Shown piece by piece: positions 40,026 through 44,329 of a stretch of DNA of 44,329 nt (positions are counted from its first letter, which is position 1; every line of letters begins with the position of its first letter). Source of the stretch: Chloroflexota bacterium (GTDB lineage: Bacteria > Chloroflexota > Limnocylindria > Limnocylindrales > CSP1-4); the NCBI GenBank assembly GCA_021783595.1, contig JAJXTS010000004.1, positions 1 to 44,329 on the forward strand, read 5' to 3'. A program made the translations under genes and the position numbers. The notes below the pieces were generated by a model. It made no database searches, was not told the origin of the DNA, and worked only from the letters and a program-made list of their open reading frames with translations.

Positions 40026-40880
40026 ATGCCCACCCAGATCGACCACGACCGAGACCACGCCTTCGCCGAGGTGCTCACCGGCGACCGCGCCGCCCACGGC
40101 CGCATCTACCCGCTCAAGCGCGACGTGGCCGCCTTCGCGGACGAGCTGCTCGGGATCCTGTTCCCGCAGCTCTCCGACAACGCGCTGTGCGCCGAGGACG
40201 ACCTCGCTGCCCGGCTGGTGCTGGCCCGGCGGGACCTGCGGCGGCTGGTGGAGCCGCTCACCGACGCCGAGGCCGCGGACCGGGTCATCGCCGCGTTCGC
40301 GGACGCCCTGCCCCGCGTCCACGCGGCGCTGCTCGAGGACGGCGAGGCGATCCTCGCCGGCGACCCCGCCGCCGAGTCGCTCGACGAGGTGGTGGCCGCG
40401 TACCCGGGCTTCCTCGCCATAGCGATCCACCGCCTCGCGCACGAGCTCTACGCGCTCAAGGTGCCCGTGCTGCCGAGGCTGCTCGCCGAGGTGGCCCACA
40501 CGCGCACCGGCATCGACATCCACCCCGGCGCCACGATCGGGCGCGGCTTCTGCATCGACCACGGCACCGGCGTCGTCGTGGGCGAGACCGCGGTCATCGG
40601 CGACAACGTCAAGCTCTACCAGGGCGTGACGCTGGGCGCGCTGTCGGTGGTCAAGGCCCTGGCCGGGCACAAGCGCCACCCGACCATCGGCGACCGCGCC
40701 GTGATCTACGCCAACGCGACCGTCCTCGGCGGTGACACCGTGGTCGGCAGCGACAGCATCGTCGGCGGCAACGTGTTCATCACCAGCTCGATCCCCGCGG
40801 GCTCGGTCCTGTACCAGACCAGCCGGTCCCGCGTCCGCCGGGCCGACGAGGGGTTCGACGGTATCGACTTCGTCATCTAG
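40026..40880 (+). CDS. cysE: Serine O-acetyltransferase
   Basis: [57 protein letters not shown]; C-terminal DFVI. Confidence 0.95.
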   Translation: MPTQIDHDRDHAFAEVLTGDRAAHGRIYPLKRDVAAFADELLGILFPQLSDNALCAEDDLAARLVLARRDLRRLVEPLTDAEAADRVIAAFADALPRVHAALLEDGEAILAGDPAAESLDEVVAAYPGFLAIAIHRLAHELYALKVPVLPRLLAEVAHTRTGIDIHPGATIGRGFCIDHGTGVVVGETAVIGDNVKLYQGVTLGALSVVKALAGHKRHPTIGDRAVIYANATVLGGDTVVGSDSIVGGNVFITSSIPAGSVLYQTSRSRVRRADEGFDGIDFVI

Positions 40881-40901
40881 AGCGGCACGTAGAGCGGCAC
40901 G
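40878..40901 (+). repeat. 12-bp tandem duplication TAGAGCGGCACG x2 including the cysE stop codon
   Basis: 40878-40889 and 40890-40901; partial third copy GCGGCACG at 40910-40917. Confidence 0.85.
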
Positions 40902-40946
40902 CGCCAAGCGCGGCACGCCGGCGTCCCAGCAGTGAAGGAAACCACC

Positions 40947-41876
40947 ATGCCCGTCTCCAGTGTCCTCGACCTCATCGGCAACACCCCGCACGTCCGGCTC
41001 AACCGGCTGTTCGACCCGCGCGTGACCGTCTGGACCAAGCTCGAGCGCGCGAACCCCGGCGGCTCGATCAAGGATCGAATCGGCCTGGCCATGATCGACG
41101 ACGCCGAGCGGCGCGGGGCGATCGCGCCGGGACGGACCACGATTGTCGAGCCCACCTCCGGCAACACCGGGATCGGCCTCGCGCTCGTCGCGGCCGTGAA
41201 GGGCTACCGCCTGATCCTGACCATGCCCGAGTCGATGTCCGTGGAGCGCCGCAAGCTCCTGGTGGCGTACGGCGCCGAGTTGGACCTCACGCCGCGCGAG
41301 CTGGGGATGAAGGGTGCCATCGCCCGGGCGAATGAGCTCGCGGCCGACATCCCCGACGCTTGGATCCCGATGCAGTTCGACAACCCGGCCAACCCCGCGA
41401 TCCACCGGGCCACGACGGCGGACGAGATCGCCCGCGATTTCCCGGACGGGCTCGACTACCTGGTCACCGGGGTGGGCACCGGCGGCCACATCACCGGTGT
41501 CGCCGAGGCGCTGAAGCCGCGCTGGCCGCACCTCAAGGTGTACGCGGTGGAGCCGACCGCCTCGCCCGTCCTGTCAGGCGGCGCGGCCGGGCCGCATCCG
41601 CTCCAGGGGCTCGGCGCAGGCTTCGTGCCGGGCGTCATGCGGACCGACCTGCTCGACGGCGTCCTGCAGGTGGATGGGCCGGCCGCGATGGACTACGCGC
41701 GCCGGGCCGCCCGGGAGGAGGGCCTGCTGGTGGGCATCTCGTCGGGCGCGGCGCTGGCCGCGGTGGCGCAGCTGGTGCCGTCGGTGCCGGACGGGTCGCG
41801 GATCCTCACGTTCGCGTACGACAGCGGCGAGCGGTACCTGTCCGTCGAGGCGCTGTGGCCCGCGCTCGGCGCGTAG
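40947..41876 (+). CDS. cysK: Cysteine synthase A (O-acetylserine sulfhydrylase)
   Basis: [14 protein letters not shown] (PLP Lys), [36 protein letters not shown]. Confidence 0.96.
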   Translation: MPVSSVLDLIGNTPHVRLNRLFDPRVTVWTKLERANPGGSIKDRIGLAMIDDAERRGAIAPGRTTIVEPTSGNTGIGLALVAAVKGYRLILTMPESMSVERRKLLVAYGAELDLTPRELGMKGAIARANELAADIPDAWIPMQFDNPANPAIHRATTADEIARDFPDGLDYLVTGVGTGGHITGVAEALKPRWPHLKVYAVEPTASPVLSGGAAGPHPLQGLGAGFVPGVMRTDLLDGVLQVDGPAAMDYARRAAREEGLLVGISSGAALAAVAQLVPSVPDGSRILTFAYDSGERYLSVEALWPALGA

Positions 41877-41899
41877 CGGGGCGCCGGGGGGACACGCGA

Positions 41900-41929
41900 G
41901 GGAGGCCGGCGGACGTCCGCCGGCCTCCC
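41900..41929. terminator. Perfect 30-bp palindrome downstream of cysK, likely bidirectional terminator/stabiliser
   Basis: GGGAGGCCGGCGGAC|GTCCGCCGGCCTCCC between convergent genes. Confidence 0.6.
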
Positions 41930-41981
41930 GGCTGCTTGGCGGGCCGGTCCTGCGGCGCCGGCCCCGCGAAAGGGGGCGGGG

Positions 41982-42197
41982 TCAGCCGAACCAGGTTCGC
42001 GCCTCGACCTCGCTGACGTCGGGCATCGTGAGGATGCCGACGATCGATTCGTGGGGCAGGCTCGAGCGGCGGGCGACGAGGTCGGCCACCCGGTGCGGAT
42101 TGCCGCCGCAACGGCGCAGAGCGGTGGGGTCGAGACGGGGCCAGACGAGGAGTGCGCGACGGCGGATCGTCTCCGCCGCGATGTCAGCCTGAGTCAT
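41982..42197 (-). CDS. Small hypothetical protein (71 aa), weakly CsbD-like
   Basis: GGAGGT SD. WPRLDPTALRRCGGNPHRVADLVARR resembles the CsbD helix pattern (inference). Confidence 0.6.
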   Translation of the reverse strand: MTQADIAAETIRRRALLVWPRLDPTALRRCGGNPHRVADLVARRSSLPHESIVGILTMPDVSEVEARTWFG

Positions 42198-42429
42198 CGG
42201 TTACCTCCGCCACCCATGCTGCAACTCCAGTGTTGCCATTCCGCAATCGCCCGGTGAAGATCTGGAAACTCTGGGCAATTCTGGGTAGGTTCTCATGAAC
42301 CGGGCCGGCCGCCCGCCCGAACCGGCCGCGCGGGATGCCGCGCCGGCCCGCCTGCCCGCCGTCGGGCGTGGCACCCTAGTCACGTCCCGGCGTCGCGGTG
42401 TCGCGATCGGCGGCGACGCACGGGAGGCC

Positions 42430-42975
42430 GTGGTGGAGATCCGCAAGATCGTGCTCGAAGTGGAGGAGACGTACGCCGCCGCCGGGCGCGTGCTGGCGCG
42501 GCCCACCCGCAAGGCCGTCGCGTCGGCAGTGATCGCGAACCCGTTCGCCGGCCGCTACGTTGAGGACGTCTCGCCGCTGGTGGACCTGGGCGCCGAGCTG
42601 GGCCGGCTGCTCGCTGAGCGGGCGCTGGCGGCGCTCGGGCCGGACGCTGCCGTCACCGCCTACGGCAAGGGCGCGATCGTGGGGACCAACGGCGAGCTGG
42701 AGCACGCCGCGGCCATCCTGCACCCCAAGTTCGGCGCGCCCGTGCGGGCCGTGGTCGGCGGCGGCCCGTCGATCATCCCCAGCACCAAGCTGGTGGCCGG
42801 CCCCGGGACGCTCCTGGCGATGCCGCTGGTCAACCGTGACGACCTGTGGAGCTTCGACGAGATGGACGCCGCAACGGTGCAGATCCCCGATGCGCCGCGG
42901 GCGGACGAGATTGTGGTGAGCCTGGTCCTGGCCGCCGGGGGGCGGCCGGGCGCACGGACGAGGAAGGCGAGCTGA
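42430..42975 (+). CDS. Amino acid synthesis (AA_synth/DUF1185) family protein
   Basis: IRKIV..VEE, AVIANPFAGRYVED, YGKGAIVGTNGELEHAAAILHP, PDAPRADEI, GGRP. GGGAGG SD. Confidence 0.85.
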   Translation: MVEIRKIVLEVEETYAAAGRVLARPTRKAVASAVIANPFAGRYVEDVSPLVDLGAELGRLLAERALAALGPDAAVTAYGKGAIVGTNGELEHAAAILHPKFGAPVRAVVGGGPSIIPSTKLVAGPGTLLAMPLVNRDDLWSFDEMDAATVQIPDAPRADEIVVSLVLAAGGRPGARTRKAS

Positions 42976-43280
42976 TGTTCAAGGCAATGATCCTGCTGAC
43001 GCGCAACGACGGGCTGTCCAGGGCCGACTTCCGCGACTGGATGCTCGTGGGGCACGCGCCGCTGGCCAAGCAGCTGCCGGGGCTGCGGCGCCTCACGTTC
43101 AACATCGTCGAGAACGAGGACGTGGCGATCGACGGCGTGTCCGAGCTGTGGTTCGACAGTCGCGAGGCGTTTGACGCCGCCTACGCCACGGAGATCGGCA
43201 AGGCGGTGGCCGGCGACTCGCTCGCGCACGTGAAGGCACGGGTCCGGCTGTTCGCCGACGAGCGACCGCAGGAGCTCTGA
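42975..43280 (+). CDS. EthD family protein
   Basis: MFKAMILLTR..GLSRADFRDW...HAPLAKQLPGLRR, DGVSELWFDS. TGATG overlap. Confidence 0.82.
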   Translation: MFKAMILLTRNDGLSRADFRDWMLVGHAPLAKQLPGLRRLTFNIVENEDVAIDGVSELWFDSREAFDAAYATEIGKAVAGDSLAHVKARVRLFADERPQEL

Positions 43281-43391
43281 GGGGACGGCGCCCGGTCGGC
43301 TGCTCCGCATCCGGCCGACCGGGCGGAACGCGGCGCGGCCGGGGCGATCGGGAGCCGGCGGGGTTGCGGCGGGGGCGATCGGCCGCTGCCC

Positions 43392-43515
43392 CGCCCCGAC
43401 GGCACGCGTCCGGCGCCCGGCTCGCCCCGACGGCGCTCGGCCGGCGCTCGGCTCGCCCCGACGGAACGCGTCCGGCGCTCGGCTCGCCCCGACGGAACGC
43501 GTCCGGCGCTCGGCT
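43392..43515. repeat. 31-bp tandem repeat x4 (consensus CGCCCCGACGGAACGCGTCCGGCGCTCGGCT)
   Basis: Units start at 43392, 43423, 43454 and 43485. The last two are identical, the first two degenerate. Confidence 0.9.
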
Positions 43516-43516
43516 C

Positions 43517-43712
43517 GCCCCATCCACGGTTGAGGGCGGTGCATCGCGCGTCGGCTGCCCCAACGCGCCCTCGCCCACGGGTGTGAACCGTAGGTGACGC
43601 GAGCCCCGGGCCGGATTGGCCGCGGATGCCGCCCTGAACCGTGGATGGGGCCCCCGAGCGAGCCCCGGGCCGGATTGGCCGCGGATGCCGCCCTGAACCG
43701 TGGATGGGGCCC
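43517..43712. repeat. 55-bp direct repeat x2 (period 59) plus an inverted partial copy
   Basis: Identical copies at 43599-43653 and 43658-43712. 43517-43539 is the reverse complement of the CCGCCCTGAACCGTGGATGGGGC core with one mismatch. Confidence 0.9.
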
Positions 43713-43775
43713 GGGCGCCCATGGCGCCGAACGGCCAGCGCGCCACCCGGCCGCCCCACCGCGCCCGGCCCGGCC

Positions 43776-44329
43776 TCAGTCTCCGGCGAGCCAGCGCGAG
43801 CCGTCGGCCGTGACCTCGCGCCCGGTGTCGGCGGCCTCGGCCATGCGCAGCCCCAGCTCGTGGTCCCAGGCCGCGTCCGCCAGCGAGCAGCGCGACGGCC
43901 CGCCCTCCGTGCGCTCGGCCATCGACAGCAGGCAGCCGGCTACCGCGATCTCGTCGTCGGCCAGGCGCGCCGGCACCGTCGGATTGCGGTACGCCCAGCG
44001 GCCGCCGAGCGTGTAGCCGAGGTGGTGGAAGCCCTCGAGGTTGCCGTCCTGGCCGGCGTCGCGGCGCTCCAGGCGCTCGGTGACCGGCGTCAGCGCGTCG
44101 CGCAGGCGCCGCACGGTGTCGCCGTCGATCTCGCCGCGCTCGCCCCGGACGAGCACCCGCGGGGCGCGGATCCACGAGAAGTACTGGTCGCCGGTGAAGT
44201 CGTACACGCCGAGCCGACCGTCGAAGTCCAGCCAGGCGAGCGTCTGCTCGGAAGTGGCGAGGCGCTCCTCGGCGGGCGGGCCGCCGCGGTCCGGTCCTGC
44301 CACGATGGGCGCGCTGAAGCGCCGGGCCC
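43776..44329 (-). CDS. C-terminal part of a probable Gfo/Idh/MocA family oxidoreductase (5' end outside the window)
   Basis: Frame open to the window edge; YDFTGDQYFS.IR...VLVRGERGEI, DDEIAVA, SLADAAWDHEL. The NAD-binding domain is not visible. Confidence 0.6.
   Translation of the reverse strand, partial: ARRFSAPIVAGPDRGGPPAEERLATSEQTLAWLDFDGRLGVYDFTGDQYFSWIRAPRVLVRGERGEIDGDTVRRLRDALTPVTERLERRDAGQDGNLEGFHHLGYTLGGRWAYRNPTVPARLADDEIAVAGCLLSMAERTEGGPSRCSLADAAWDHELGLRMAEAADTGREVTADGSRWLAGD

Noticed and set aside
43392-43712. Possible CRISPR array
   Set aside because: Repeats are head-to-tail or separated by only 4 bp, with no unique spacers and no cas genes.

Overview
Very GC-rich bacterial window, densely coding, with no rRNA, tRNA, transposase or CRISPR array seen. 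The gene style suggests Chloroflexota or Actinomycetota (inference only). Modules from left to right: (1) a corrinoid methyl-transfer cluster with two non-pyrrolysine MttB-superfamily methyltransferases, a corrinoid protein, a RACo/ASKHA reductive activator, a fused MetF+MetV-like MTHFR and a DUF1638 protein; (2) hypFCDE; (3) an Rv0081-like ArsR regulator divergent from a hyfB-C-E-F-G-(H/I) membrane complex, whose large subunit has an Ehr-style C-terminus but keeps both Ni-binding CxxC motifs; (4) an SF2 helicase, NCS1 permease, short PreA, aldo/keto reductase, Septum_form protein, proline iminopeptidase and MFS transporter; (5) a minus-strand operon of a non-phosphorylatable NarL-type regulator, a hexaheme cytochrome c, a Tat 4x[4Fe-4S] protein, NrfD and a pentaheme cytochrome c, with no catalytic subunit; (6) cysE-cysK, preceded by a leaderless 30-aa Cys-rich sORF missing from the ORF track and by mutually exclusive RNA pairings (candidate cysteine attenuator); (7) small genes, a composite repeat and a partial Gfo/Idh/MocA oxidoreductase. 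Family calls come from motif recognition by eye; no database search was run.
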